DNA from: Camelus ferus
Lineage: Eukaryota
DNA: 64,000 nt
NCBI RefSeq assembly: GCF_009834535.1
Contig: NC_045696.1
Span: 84,942,001 to 85,006,000 of the forward strand
Direction: 5' to 3'
The notes beneath the pieces were generated by a model, which ran no database searches, was not told where the DNA came from, and saw nothing but the letters and a program-made list of their open reading frames with translations. A program made the position numbers and the translations under genes. Below are positions 13,051-26,111 of the stretch, one piece after another (the first letter of the stretch is position 1; every line of letters begins with the position of its first letter).

Positions 13051-13923
13051 AAGAAAACTATAAATTAATACTCCTTATGAATATAGAACAAAAATTCTCT
13101 AAAAAGTTAGCAAATGAATTCAAAATGGTTCAAGATATGCACATCTAAAAATGTGTACCCCATTAACAGAATGAAAGATAAAAATCATACGATCATCTCA
13201 ATGAATGCAGAAAAAGTATTTATGTATGTACAAAATAGAACATCCTTTCATGATAAAAATCCTCAACATCTTGGGAATAGAAGGGACATAACTCAGTATT
13301 GTAAAGGCCATATGTAACAAATCCACAGCTGACATCATACTCAATGGTGAAAGATTAAAAACTTTTCCTCCAAGATCAAGAACAAGAAAAAGTTGCTCAC
13401 TCTCACCACTCTTACGTAGCATAGTACTAGAAATCCTATCTAGAGCAATTAGGCAAGACAGAGAAATAAAAGGCAACCAAATTGGAAAGGAAGAAGTAAA
13501 ATTTTCATTATTTGCAGATATGTTTTGATATATAGAAAATCCTAATGATGCAACCAAAAAAACCTATTGGAATTAATCAACAAATTAAATAAAGTTGTAG
13601 GATATTAAATCAATATATAGAAATCAGTTGTGTTTCTGTACACTAACAACAAAAAAAAATTGAAAAATAAATAAATAAAACTCTCCTATTCACAAAAACA
13701 TCAAAAATAGTGAATTACTTAGGAATAAATTTAACCAAGAAGGTGAAAGATTTGTGCAATGAAAACTAAGACTTTCATGAAAGAAACTGAAGAAGACACA
13801 AACAAATGGAAAGTTATCCAATGTGCATGGATTGAAAGAATGAATATTGTTAATATGTCCATGCTGTCCAAAGCCATCAACAGATTTAATTCAATTCCTG
13901 TCAAAATTTCAGTGGCATCTTTT
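13051..13923 (+). mobile_element. Inverted 5' segment of the same L1: ORF2 reverse-transcriptase region (pseudogenised)
   Basis: Translates to L1 ORF2 pieces INRMKDKNHTIISMNAEK and KETEEDTNKWKVIQCAWIERMNIVNMSMLSKAINRFNSIPVKI; degenerate LFADD motif at ttatttgcagat (about 13508); multiple stops and frameshifts. Confidence 0.92.
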
Positions 13924-14275
13924 ATAAATATTTTCTTTTACTCTGTAGTTTGTCTTCTAATTCTCTGGACATTGTCACAGATCGGAAGTTCTCAATTTTA
14001 ATAAGGTCCATTTATCAATCATTTCTTTCGTTGATTGTGTCTTTGGTGGTGTATCTAAAAAGTCTGACATATTCAGTTATCTAGATTTTCTCTTTTGTTA
14101 TTTTCTAGGACTTTTTTAGTTTACATTTTACATGTAAGACTCTGATCTACTTTGAGTTAATTTTCACAAAGGATGTAAAATCTGGGTCTAGGTTTTTGGT
14201 TTTTTGTTTGTTGTTTGGTTTTTTGTTTGTTTGTTTGCGTGTGAATGTCCAAATGTTCCAGCACCATTTGTTAGA
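13924..14275 (-). mobile_element. L1MC-like element, right part
   Basis: Host L1 resumes: aaatattttc...tctgtagtttgtcttct...ttggtggtgtatctaaaaagtc...tgttccagcaccatttgtt. Confidence 0.8.
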
Positions 14276-14389
14276 ATCTTTTTTTTTTTTTAATTTCCCA
14301 AGACCCTTTCTTTTACTGGTATTTCTGTTTCCTAGAAATTTATTTAGTGGATGCAATATCAAAACAAACATAAACAAAAAGTCATGTGA

Positions 14390-15145
14390 TAATTGGATGA
14401 TTTGCATTTGTTTTCTTGTTCTCCTGTGTTCTTTGAATAATTTATATTTTTAAGGAGTAATTTTTTCTGTGTATTTATTTCGTTTTTTCCCCTTCATGTT
14501 GCAAGCTTTCCTTGGGTGTCATATGATTCTTTATTGCCTTATAAATTACAATGAAAGAATAGTTAATTGTACCTCAACGTCTGATTATTTTTAATAAAGT
14601 GGAGAAGTAAATATTTGTCTTGGAGCCCATAAATCGGTATATTGTGAGATCTGGGTGATGAGTGTCCACATTATCTGCACAATTTATTCCCAGAGTTTAA
14701 TCTACTTTTGTATAAATGAATCTCAGTGAGTGGACATTCATCTCATGATGTTGCTGTGTGCGTATTTTGGGGGGAAGAGAGGGATGCTTGCTGCATTTAT
14801 AGATCTTTAATTGCAATTCAGTCTTACATGTCACTCCTGCCATCTGTCAGACTTAGAGTTTCTTAGTACCTGGGCTCCTGCAGACTCTGCAGAGCAAATG
14901 ACCTCCTGCTTTTCACATAAATTTTGAGTTCCTTACCTGTGCCTCAAATTTTAGTCATCATTGTTTTTTATGTGCCTTTCATCTTACAAAATGCTTTTGA
15001 GATATTTCATCCACTGTTAGACCCTTTCAGTTCTCTTTCTTCTTGCAACTTTTACCTTTTTATTAAATTGCCATCATCTCAATGGCATATTTATTTGTAA
15101 GAGAATGTGGATGAACACATGTTATGTCCATCATCCTAAACAAGA
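14390..15145 (-). mobile_element. HAL1/L1ME-like 5' portion
   Basis: ccccttcatgttgcaagctttcctt...; ends with HAL1-like 5' terminus aacacatgttatgtccatcatcctaaacaagaa. Confidence 0.45.
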
Positions 15146-16054
15146 AACACTGTATGGTCTTTATAGCTGAGTTATCTTTATGATACTGCTGTTATCTGCT
15201 TATTTTTTCTCTCTTCATTTGCTTTATTAGTTGCCTAATCTCACTTAATCACTTTTTAAATTCATAAAATCCCTAACAGAGAATTCCTTTGCTTCAAATA
15301 AGCTCTTTGTATTCATTCACATTGTATATATGTGAAGCTACTCAATTTTTAATTTTCTCCTTTCCTCAATCTGTCATAAATATTCTTCAATCTTTTTTAT
15401 TCTCTCTCTTTAGTCTTGGGACTCCAGTCTCATCATTTGAAACATGCTTATCCATGCACTGAATTGGTCAGTGGAACAGTTATTTTCTCATATGAAGTGA
15501 AAAACCAATTAAATATAAAAAACATGATGTAAATCACCAAATTACTACAGCATCTTTGTAAGTGTGCATAAATACTGTGATGATAAAAATTGAATAGTTG
15601 TATAGTCAGTGGGGGAATGTCAGGGATAATATAGCAGCTGTAGTAAGGCTTCTGGTTTGTTTAGATTTCAATGTGTAGTGTTTTCATATTTACTCAATTT
15701 CAAATTCCTCATATTCTAATGGTTCAATGTTTAAAAAAAGACCTATTTTTCTCTAGAATTTTAATTAGTTTTTAACAACTTAAGTAGCTTTCAAAAATCC
15801 TTCTCTTTTCCATTGCTTACCAAGTAAGACAAGAGAGGATCACAGTGACAGATGTTTCATATTCCTTTAAATACCCTTCAAGAGTTTTGAGTCTTTTACA
15901 ATCCCATATAAAACAGAAACGATTGTTATTTATCCATTAACCCTCTGATATGAGTTCATTAATACTTTTGGTCATTTTAATTCAATTTTTAATGACTTTC
16001 TTTAGTGAATATTTTGATTTAATTTATGAAGTTTGAATCTTCAGTTTCTCACAG

Positions 16055-16398
16055 GTGCTTTCAACATCATGTCTGCGGTGCTGTTCCCCCAGTTACTCAC
16101 ATAGCTCACTCCTGTCTGCAGAATCGTTTCTGGAATATCATCTCAGAGAAGCCTTCCTATTTGTCTCTGTCAAAGATTGTTCTTATCACTCTTACTGTCT
16201 TTCATAGAAATTATTGCTGACTGATGTTACAGTGTGCATATACATGTCTGTTCTTTCTCTCTCTCTGTCTCCCCACGAGAATGAGTTCTCTGAGGGTAGG
16301 ATCTTTGTCCATTTTGTTTATTACTCTAACCCCTATCGCAAATGCTTAACAAAGCTTCTACATAAACAGTCCTCAATAAATCTTTGTTAAACAGATGA
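16055..16398 (+). mobile_element. L2 3' end
   Basis: ctcagagaagccttcct...ctgtctccccacgagaatgagttctctgagggtagg...cctcaataaatctttgttaaacagatga. Confidence 0.8.
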
Positions 16399-17009
16399 GA
16401 AAATGAAAATGGTCCAACTCTTAGTTTAGTGTTATAATTAAGGCACAAACATAAATTGTATATTGCATGATTATAATTTAAAAATTTTTTTATGGTAAAG
16501 TGTGTGGGAAAGTGGGGGATGGAATCAATTTGTTTTGACTATTTATGTTTACTTATATAGAGGGAAGTAACAGCACACAGGAGCATCTACCATATTTAAT
16601 TTGTTTGGATAATAGTTTGAGATAAACAAGTACCCTAAATACTATTACTGATTTTTTAATACAGTTTGCATTTCAGTAGTACCTCAACACTATTTTATTA
16701 AAACTGTATATACATTGACATCTTTCTAAAGTCTGCATTTTCAACAAGTTGTATTCAATAATTTACAAGGTGAATGTAGTTAATAGTTAATAAGTATTCT
16801 GCTAATGCATGAATTAAAAAAATAGTAATTAACCAATATAACAAACACAGATTAAACATAGATAGTACTACCTGCTTAAATAAAACATTTTTAAGGGAGT
16901 TTTTTTTTTATCCTCCACTTTTTGATGGAACTTGTCCAGGTATAAATGAATAAATTTTGTATACTGAAAATCCTGATAGACTATTCACTCTATAAATACA
17001 TGCCATGCA

Positions 17010-17470
17010 GTAGATTTCATCCTGGCAATGTGTGGTCCGGGAAAGATCATTTCCCTATGAACCCAATAGCTTAACAAGGAAGAAAAGTCCCTAAACAAAT
17101 CATTTAATGATAATTGATCATTTCATATGAGGAGTACAGGATAAAAGCTAGAACAACCAGCAGTCACAACAAATCATTAATCTAAAGCCAAGCAGTACTC
17201 AAAGAACGGCTAAGACTTAACTAGCTGAGAGCATGTGTAGGTAGCAGGTCAGGCAGAATGAGACAGCATACATGTAAAGGAAGACTAAAGAGCGATTTGA
17301 TGTGATTCACAAATAAGGCTGACTTTTGCCAAATGAAACCAGATATCTAAAAGCCACATTGTGTGATGTCTTTCAGGACATGCTAATTTTTTGAATTCTT
17401 TTATTTGGTTGAAAATAGAAGGCATTGAAAGGTTTTGGTCAGAGCAGTGACATGACAAGATGTATTTCTT
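17010..17470 (-). mobile_element. L2 fragment
   Basis: aggcagaatgagacagcatacatgtaaagg...gaaggcattgaaaggttttggtcagagcagtgacatgacaaga. Confidence 0.65.
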
Positions 17471-17477
17471 TACATTA

Positions 17478-20400
17478 AATTTTAAAAAGTATTATTTTCT
17501 TCAAAGTAATTTATGGACATGTATGGTTAAATTTAATTTATTGGTCCTGATTCTTCACTTCCCTATATAAAATTATGTGTACACACCCTTGCCAGAGTCT
17601 CATAGTGGAGAATGGGAAGTCCCAGCCCCCTGACATGGACCTAGGCCATTTGTCTTGTTTGAGCCAAAGGGATGTTAGTGGGCATGATGTTTGTAGAGGT
17701 TTAGTATGTGCTTATATGACTGGCATTGTTCTCTTGTGCTTCTGCCATCTCAATAAGAAGGACACCATGGGTAGCAGCTGACTACAAGTTTGGCCTCCAG
17801 AATGATACATATTTAGCCCAACAGAGCCCAGGGTAGAGTCACACTAGCTAAACTGCAACTATGTTAGCAAGAAATAAGTATTTATTGTTTTTAATGCCAC
17901 TGATTTTGCAGGTCTTTGTTATACAGCATTACTGAAAAAGTAACTAAGTGATATAACATGGTAAAGAAAAATTTACCCGGAATAACTTAACCTTAAAATA
18001 GGGATCAATTACCCCAGCATTCCTATATTCACTCTTCTTTTCCCAGTGAGGCTCCTTGCGTAGCTCTAAATAATGTTTATGAATCTCTTTCTTGATTTTG
18101 TTACCTAAAGATTTTATTAATGCTATAATAGGATGGGTGCAGATTTCTCTTACATAAATTTCATTCCTTCTATATTTTTTATCATTATATTGTCCTGTTA
18201 TTTTAAACTCTTTTTTAACATTTCATAATACATTTCAATTTCCATATTTTATTCTATTAGGTTCAGACACTGTCTCTTGATATATGGCTATTATCATCCT
18301 AGATTTCCCTTTCCACATCTACTCCTCATTTCTACTTCACAGGTTCACTTAACTATATTATTATTTTAATATTGATAATATTAACAATACTTGCATTCAG
18401 CTTTCAAGGGTGGTCCTGCTAGAAGCTAGGAATGCCCAGGATGCATTTTTATTCAGCTGGTCTCAATCGAGGCACGCACAAACGTACTGAGTTTGGTTTG
18501 CATTAGTTACCTGACATTTAAGCAGACAGGCTCAGAATCTGCAGATCAGACAGGATGGGCCAGGTGGGTAGAAAAAGAAAATCTGAGAATGGCAAAACAG
18601 AGCTTTTCAAAGTACTTATTGGTCCCGATAGTAACTGTCGTCTGTGGTCCCTTAAGGGGTTCCAAGAGTCATGGAACTGGGAATATGCACATTGTCTAGT
18701 TCTATGTAATTGCTTCTTTATGTGTAGATATTCATATCCTTTTGATTTTCATCTTTTAATAAAAATGCTTTCATAGACATAAAGAACTTTGTCTTTTAAG
18801 TGTCTGTCATTGCTGTTACTGAATGCTGCACAGTAGCCATAGTTAAATACAAAATGATGTTTTCCTAGAGGTTGATTAAAAAATGAAAATAATTGATTAT
18901 TACTACATAAATATTGTTCCCAACTGCAATGTCATTATTCTGATTAAAAGCAAAAGAAGATGTTCAAAGTTACAGGGATTAGCCTCTTTCACATTATGTC
19001 AATTGTGCAAAACCATACCACATTTTAATTTTCTTCCTATTTGGCCATGAGTCTTTTGTACACTTTTTAATCTTGTTTCTAAGTCCTTTTGAAAATGATT
19101 TTGTTACTCCGTTGTGTGCTGTTGATAGACGTTTCCTTGATCATATCCTCAAGTTTATGTGCATCATCAGTCTTACTCTCTAAATCATGATTGGTATTCT
19201 CACCAAGGTGTCCTCCTTTGGAACCTTCTTGTTTTCTTCTCCAGTTTGTAGCAGACTTGCAGAAGAAGACTTGCTTCAAAACTTTAATTAAGCTCAGTAC
19301 TGCATTTTCCTACACTATAATTCTGTATTAGATCTGCTGTTTTCCACATCTCCTATTTCCCTTTTTCTTGGCTGCATCTTTTATTTGCTCTTTATGAATG
19401 TGTATGTATGTATTTGTGTTTGTGTGTATATATATTAGAGATATCAGTGTCTATATATATGTATCATTTACATTTTAAAATTCTAGATAGAAAATAATTT
19501 GTTTATGAGAAGACTGATGCTAATCTGATTTCATTCTTTCCTAGTATTTCTCCTTTTTTGTCTTAGTTTTACTTTTGATCTTTTAGCATTGTCTGTTTTA
19601 TGCCTGGTGTTCTGCAATGCCACAGGTAGTTTTATTTCTGTTAATTCATCCTACTCAGTGGATTGTTTTAATTTTAAGTTTATTTTTTTCCTTTGGTTCA
19701 AAAGAACTTCTTTAACTTTTATTAATAACTTCCATATCCCGTCTGTTTTCTTTGCTGAACTATTAGATAGGTGCCTCTGTACTTGTTCTTCTCTTGCATT
19801 TCCCATTTCTTTACTTGTCTGCTATATTCTAGACTCTTTAAGTCAGTCTCCTAACCGTTCTAGTTAACTCTTCATATTAAAAATGGCATTACTAATATCA
19901 GATGGTTAGTTTATTCCTCTTCTTTCTTTGGTGTTCTTATTTTGTTAACAGAGTTTATCTTTAAAAAAAAAATACTGCATGTGGATGTTAATTATTTTGT
20001 AAAAATTCTCCTTAATTGAATTTTCACTGTTCCTTTTGGTGTTTTCTCTTTCATGTTGTATCTGTATGTATTTGTTGACACTTGTTTTGGACATTTATAC
20101 TTAAAATGGAAAGAATAGGCTGATTAAAGTAATAGTAGGCAGGAGTCTCCTTTGCTGTTTGAATAAGTAGCTAGAAGTTTAATACCTATCCCTTATATAG
20201 AGTATTTTTCCCAGCATGCTTCACTTTACAGGTGTATACGGAGGTGGCCGAGGAGCAAACTGAGCCCCCAAGATGTAAAAGCAGGGAGACCTTTACTCTG
20301 CAGAACTCACACTAAACTCCTTGCACCCCTGAAGTTGTTTGTTCAGTTTCCTCAGAACTTTTGCCTAGAGATCAAAAGGAGGACTGCAGTGCTGGGAAGC

Positions 20401-20770
20401 AGTGAAATAAAGATCAAGTTGTTTGTGCGCAGATCTTCAGTTAATCACTCAATCTACTGCCTTTACTTTTCACTTCTCTTTGCATCTCTTGACTCCAGGC
20501 CTCTCAAGGATTCTGAAAAGACAGGCTCCCAATTTCACTTCAGTCTTCTCTTGCCTATGTTATAGAAGCCAGCTTCTTGCTTTGTTTCATCCATCTATAA
20601 ACTCACATCCACTGTTCATATTCCTAAAATTTGTTCAAAATGATACTTTTTAATGGTAACATTCTGACTTGACTATTACAGATTTAATTTTGTATTTATC
20701 TTACTTATATGGGATTTTAATAGAAAAATAGATTAAGTTTTATATGCTCAGTTTGCCATCTTGAATTAGA
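17478..20770 (-). mobile_element. HAL1-like element, near full span, interrupted by an MLT1 LTR and an unidentified insert
   Basis: 3'-end motif aaagtaatttatggac[MLT1]atggtaaagaaaaatt; internal L1ME/HAL1-like T-rich sequence; 5' terminus tatatgctcagtttgccatcttgaattagaa. Confidence 0.5.
17522..17955 (+). mobile_element. MLT1 (J/I-like) solo LTR with 5-bp TSD
   Basis: ggccatttgtcttgtttgagccaaagggatgttagtgggcatga...gcaagaaataagtatttattgtttttaatgccactga...gatata; ACATG on both sides (17517-17521, 17956-17960). Confidence 0.85.
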
Positions 20771-21099
20771 ATTATGTATGGATAATAAAATTTTCATAAT
20801 AACTTCTCACCCTCCCCTCCCCATCACAGGCCCTGAGGCAAAGAACCTTTCATGTATTTGACTCTAATTAACATTCACTTACACTCACTATTCTTTAATT
20901 GTTTTGCTTCCTTTATCTTCTGCCCTAAAATGTCAGTCTTCTTTCTAGTAGTGTGCCTTCAATGAATGTTTTTGAATGTTTGGACCATTCTCTTCTTGAG
21001 CAGCACTTGCTTGATATTTTTATCTTGAACTGCTAACAAACCATTTATATTTAAAATCCCAACAAGCAGATCCATTCTTCCAAACCTCACTCTATTTAT

Positions 21100-21960
21100 A
21101 TTAAAAATGAATATGACAGGAAATGGTTATAAGGATGATGTGATGGTCCATTCTAGTTTGAAGTCAGTAGGAATGAAAAAAATGAAATCAAAAGATATTA
21201 AAAAGTAAAATAAAAAAGACGGTAGATTGATAAGATACATGGGATTATTTTTCTAGACCATAAAATTAATGGAACTATCATCTAATAGCTACAGAATATG
21301 ATGAATAGATTTACAAGAGACAACATAAAATCAGTTTTGAGCTTTTGTGGTTTTAATTCCTTGCAGGACATACATGGGGATGCATATACACATAGTTCTT
21401 GTACAGTGAGAATATTGGGCCTATGGGTAGTAATTGTAGTAAGATTAGGAATGAGTCATCTAAGAATAAAATAAGGAGGAAGAAGAAAAGATGAACTAAG
21501 ACAGGGAGGGCACTGGTAAATTCATCATACAACAATCTGCATAGAACATGAGAACTCAGAAAAAAGAGAGTAAGTTGGAGCATCAAGAGAAGCAGAGGAA
21601 TAAGTACAACAAGTGTTTAGGGAACTACCGAAAGAAGGGAGCCTACAGATGCCTGAAGATCATTAGACAATTTACTTAATCAACAAATCTTTTTCAGCAC
21701 CTACTATATTCTAGGCTTTGAACTAGATCCTGGGGATACAATGGAAAAAAAGTAGTTCATGACCTCAAAAAGTTTAAAATGTAGCATGAAAAATGGCCAA
21801 TGAACAGTTAAATTAAGGATGATCCATACCAAAAAAGAGAAATATAATATGCTGTGAGAGTGTATAAGCATAATTTGTCATTTATGCCATTATGGGAAAA
21901 GTAATGCTTAAGCTGTGACTAAAAGATGATCAATACATGTTAGTCTGACAAAGCTGGAGT
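21100..21960 (-). mobile_element. L2 fragments
   Basis: L2 3' end at about 21670 (ttaatcaacaaatctttttcagcacctactatattctaggc...ctggggatacaatgg) plus upstream purine-rich L2-like pieces. Confidence 0.55.
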
Positions 21961-23460
21961 TTATACAGTGCCACAGAGTAGAGAAAAGGAGACAAAAAGA
22001 GGAAAGTAGGTGATATTCCTCAGAGAAAATAAATTTCAGTTTCTCAGTCAACAGTTTAAAGAAAGACATGAAGAATGAGTACAGATTTCCAAATTTCCTA
22101 GCAATCTACAGGCACACACAGCTGCACCTGTTTTTGATATGTTGGAAAGAACAGAGGAGGAGATGTAGAGAACCAGTTTTCATGGCACTGCTTGATACTA
22201 GAACATAGGCATTTGTGCAGTTGTGCACCATGCAGTGAGAGTAAGATGGATCACAGTCTAAGTTCTTCAGTAATGCTTAAAATTATTGGTGGACTGTAAT
22301 TTTAAAGATTTAGTAGCTAGATTTAAACTCCTTTACAGTCTGGTACAATATATGCATTTAAAACCCTGACAGTAAATAAAGGACTTATTTTTGAACTTTC
22401 TAAGCCCCAACTTCAATGATACTTTTTTATTCTTGCAGAAAGAGAGACTATTCAAATAACTCTGAAGAAGATACAATAATTTCTATAAATTGAGGAATAT
22501 GCATCATCTTACATAGATAATTTTCTTAATAACAGCTCTTAAAACTAAGTGCCTAACCTATACAGCTTCTTAAGTGATCTCCATGGTTTTTTTGACCTTT
22601 TAATAGACAAATTGTAAGGGAAAAGATCATCTTGGTCAGTTCTTAAAAGTCAAAAGGAAATCTAACGGCTATTTTGAAGAATTGGAAAAGGCCAAAACAC
22701 TTAAAATCTTGCAACATTGTGGGTTTTTTTTTTTAACACTACAGAACCTGCCTTAAGATGGCAGTTTCAGAATGAAGTCATTTTATGTCACTAAGTGGCA
22801 AGTTGCTTTTTAAAATTTTAAATAACTGCTCCTGCATTAGAGTGTTAGAGATTTGAGAGGACTAACTAACACAACCATCAGTGGTATGTGCATGAAATAT
22901 GGGCATTATAGTCAGTAGAGAAGAATTTTCAGCTGATGAACTGAAAGAAAAAAAATCTATGGTCAATTTATGTGACATTCCTTTGGTAAACCATCTTTCA
23001 CTGGTCAAATAAATGCTTAAAATATTAGATAACAGATTTTTTGTGTTAAAAATAGGAAATATGCATATAAAGTTATAAAGAGAATATATTTTTGTTTGAC
23101 AATGCTTTGTAAAACTTGTATTTTTGAAGTAAGAGTCATTTCATAAAATTCAGTAATAATTATATAAGTACTTTCAAAGTCTAGAAATGAGAGGGAAGTG
23201 TAGCCACTTGGCCATATTTTCCTGAAAAATAATTCTTCTCTCGTTATAGGAGAATATGTCTATTGTTAGCAGTATGGATACTGATGAAGAAAATGGACAG
23301 CCAACTAGTCTGCTGGATCAGTGTTTATTTAATCCACTGATCAAAGAGAATGATACAGTTAGGGGAGAGGAAAGTTCAAACTTAATCTTCATTTTGTAAA
23401 TATTCTAAATGCAGTTTCTTGAAGGTATTTAAATAATTTCATTCAAAGGGTGTGTATGTG

Positions 23461-23514
23461 AACATACATATTAACTTACATATTAACATACATATTAACT
23501 TACATATTAACTTA
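23461..23514. repeat. 12-bp minisatellite, 4.5 copies (AACWTACATATT)
   Basis: aacatacatatt aacttacatatt aacatacatatt aacttacatatt aactta. Confidence 0.9.
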
Positions 23515-24318
23515 TGTGATCTATAAATGCATGTTGGATAGGATATTCTCTACTATTTTTACACTTCACCAAAGGAAAAAGTATTTTCAGATGAAAAATA
23601 GATGACAGATAGAAAAATAGATTCAGATGAAAAATATTTTTTTGAAAAAGGAAAGACATACGAAGTTAATTCATATTATTTAATTTTGATTTTTTTATGC
23701 TTATGAATTTTAGACTATATTTTTCTTTGTAAGAATGAGGTTAATTAATACATTCACATTTAACTCATGGTTATTAAGTTAATCCAAATAATAACTTAAT
23801 CATTTCTGTTGTCCATCTGTAATTCAGGTGTACAGCTGATTCAGCAGATACATAGAAAAGGACAGCTGTCAAAAGTATAAGCTAGAAAATAGCACTTTTC
23901 CAGGACATTTAAATTCATCAACTATGTGATGCATTGTTGTACTTTTCTGTTAGTTTTTCATTGTTTATTTTATAGTACAGTTCTAGGATAAATCAGTTAT
24001 GTCCTACAATGTAGATAAATTGGCCAAAGATCAGTAACATCAAAATAAATTTAAAAATCAAAAATGTGTACATTGATAATTTTTGTATGATTGCATTATT
24101 GTCATGTGATACAAAATTATTATTTCTCATATGGTTTTAGTGGAAATGTTCTTTATGGTTTTAAAGTTAAAGCTTAGGGACAATGTCAAAAGTAAAATAT
24201 ATCTTACTCAGGATTAGTAATAAAGATGATTTGGAGCAGGGCGCATACTAAGAGTGGAAGAGAGCATACAAAGTCTATGTAATATGCCAGAATATTAGAG
24301 CATATGGAGAAAGAAGGT

Positions 24319-24725
24319 TGTTTTAGTTCAGGCTACTGTAACATAATACCACAGACTGGGTGGTTTAAACAAAAACCATTCTCACAGTTCTAGAGGCTGG
24401 GAAGTCCAAGGTTAGGGTGATGGCAGATTCAGCTTATGGCAAGAGAGTGCTTTCTTCTGGGTTTGTAGATGGATACCTTATTGCTGTACCCTTCCATAAT
24501 GGGGACATGAGGGTGGAACGACAGACAGACAGAGATAGAGATATCTCCTGTCTCTTTCTCATTTTATAAGGGCATTAATCCCATCATGAAAATTGCACCC
24601 TCAAGACCTAATCTAACCCGAAGTAGCTGCCAAAGGCACTATCTCCACAAATCATCACATTTGGGATTAGGCCTTAAACATACGAATTTGGATTTGGGGG
24701 GGACACAAACATTCAGTCCATAGCG
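24319..24725 (-). mobile_element. MLT1A-like MaLR solo LTR
   Basis: ataccacagactgggtggtttaaac...tctcacagttctagaggctgggaagtccaag...ggggggacacaaacattcagtccatagc. Confidence 0.9.
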
Positions 24726-26111
24726 ACAATCAATGAGAATTTCCGACTGTTTTGAAGGAACAAGGTGATCAAGGAATATTTATAAGCATTGATAGATAAT
24801 AATTTTTTATAGTTCACTTTTCTACACTATACATTTCCTCTCTGTACACAACTTTGCAGTAAACCCTGTTCCATACACGTGCCTTGTAAATTACCCGTTA
24901 CCACCATCACCCAGTGGAAATCAAAAAAAGGGCACATCTGAATTGATGTGGAGCAAAGAGAGTAGCAGGATAGGAAAAAATCTGGGTAATAATTTCATTG
25001 AGGCCAAGGGTTAAAATCCAGGATGACCAAGTGAAAAAAACCATGTGTTTTCTTGAAAAGTCCAGAAATTACGGAATGACTTGAAAATTCCAGAAGTCGT
25101 GGAAATTTCTGCAGGTCATTGAATAAAAGACAAATAAAATTTAGCTAATATTTGTCTCAAAGTATCAAGCTAATTAATATTTATCTCATAATATTTAGTT
25201 TATATTGATGTCATGGTTGAATTTTATAAACAAAGTATGTTATAGCAACTTATAAATTACCTTAACAGTAACTTGCTTTTTAAAATAATTCTTAATACTT
25301 TTTTAGGTTATGAAAATTGAATTACTTATTGTGGACAACTGTATGCTTTGGTCATTTTTTGTTTGTTTTTTAACAATTGGTCTAACATCGTAAGAGGCTT
25401 TTAACCCTTAGCCTAAATTCTTATTTGCTTAAACCTATTTAAGACTATTTTAGATGGGGAATTTGAGGCAAGCTTTGTGGTAGAGATAAGAAATATTTGT
25501 GAGAATTTGGTTGCAAAAGACTAATTAAATTTTGTAGGCAAATAGGGAGATGGTACTTGTAGAAATCTGAATAGCTATTCAGATATATCCTCAAAGAGTC
25601 ATATTGCCTTCATGAATTCATTATAGTGTCACTTTTGATCCCAGACTTGTAGTTTCATAAATTCTTTCTTGTTAGAGTCTCTGAGAGTCTTGGAGAATGC
25701 TGATTTATACTAACAAAACTGACAAAAGACTGAAAATATACAGATCGTATAATATATTGCATATTTTTTAACTAAATTATAAATATGGGGCCTAGGAAAT
25801 TCGTTCTTTGACTGTGCTTGAGTAGGATGTTTTCTGAGCAGGTTACTTTACAGAAAAGGAAATTATCATAAAGTCCCTTGGCGAGAGAGGCCTTAGAATA
25901 AAAAATTAATTACTTGATTTAATTTTATAGGGCACTGATCTCTGACAGTAGGATGTATCCATCTCTAAAATAGAGGTAAAAGTAATCTTCAAATCTTTCT
26001 GGTAGATTTCTTTTTCCTAGACGCGATCATAAAAGATATTTTTTTCACTAAAGCTACTTTTCTACTTCATCTCTTGGCACCAGAGTGGTTTTATCAAAAA
26101 CGTTTGTGGGA

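Noticed and set aside
13114..14001. ORFs with reverse-transcriptase similarity
   Set aside because: Broken L1 ORF2 fragments, not a host gene or an active element.
23461..23636. Short repeats as a CRISPR-like array
   Set aside because: Tandem units without unique spacers, in a mammalian context with no cas genes.
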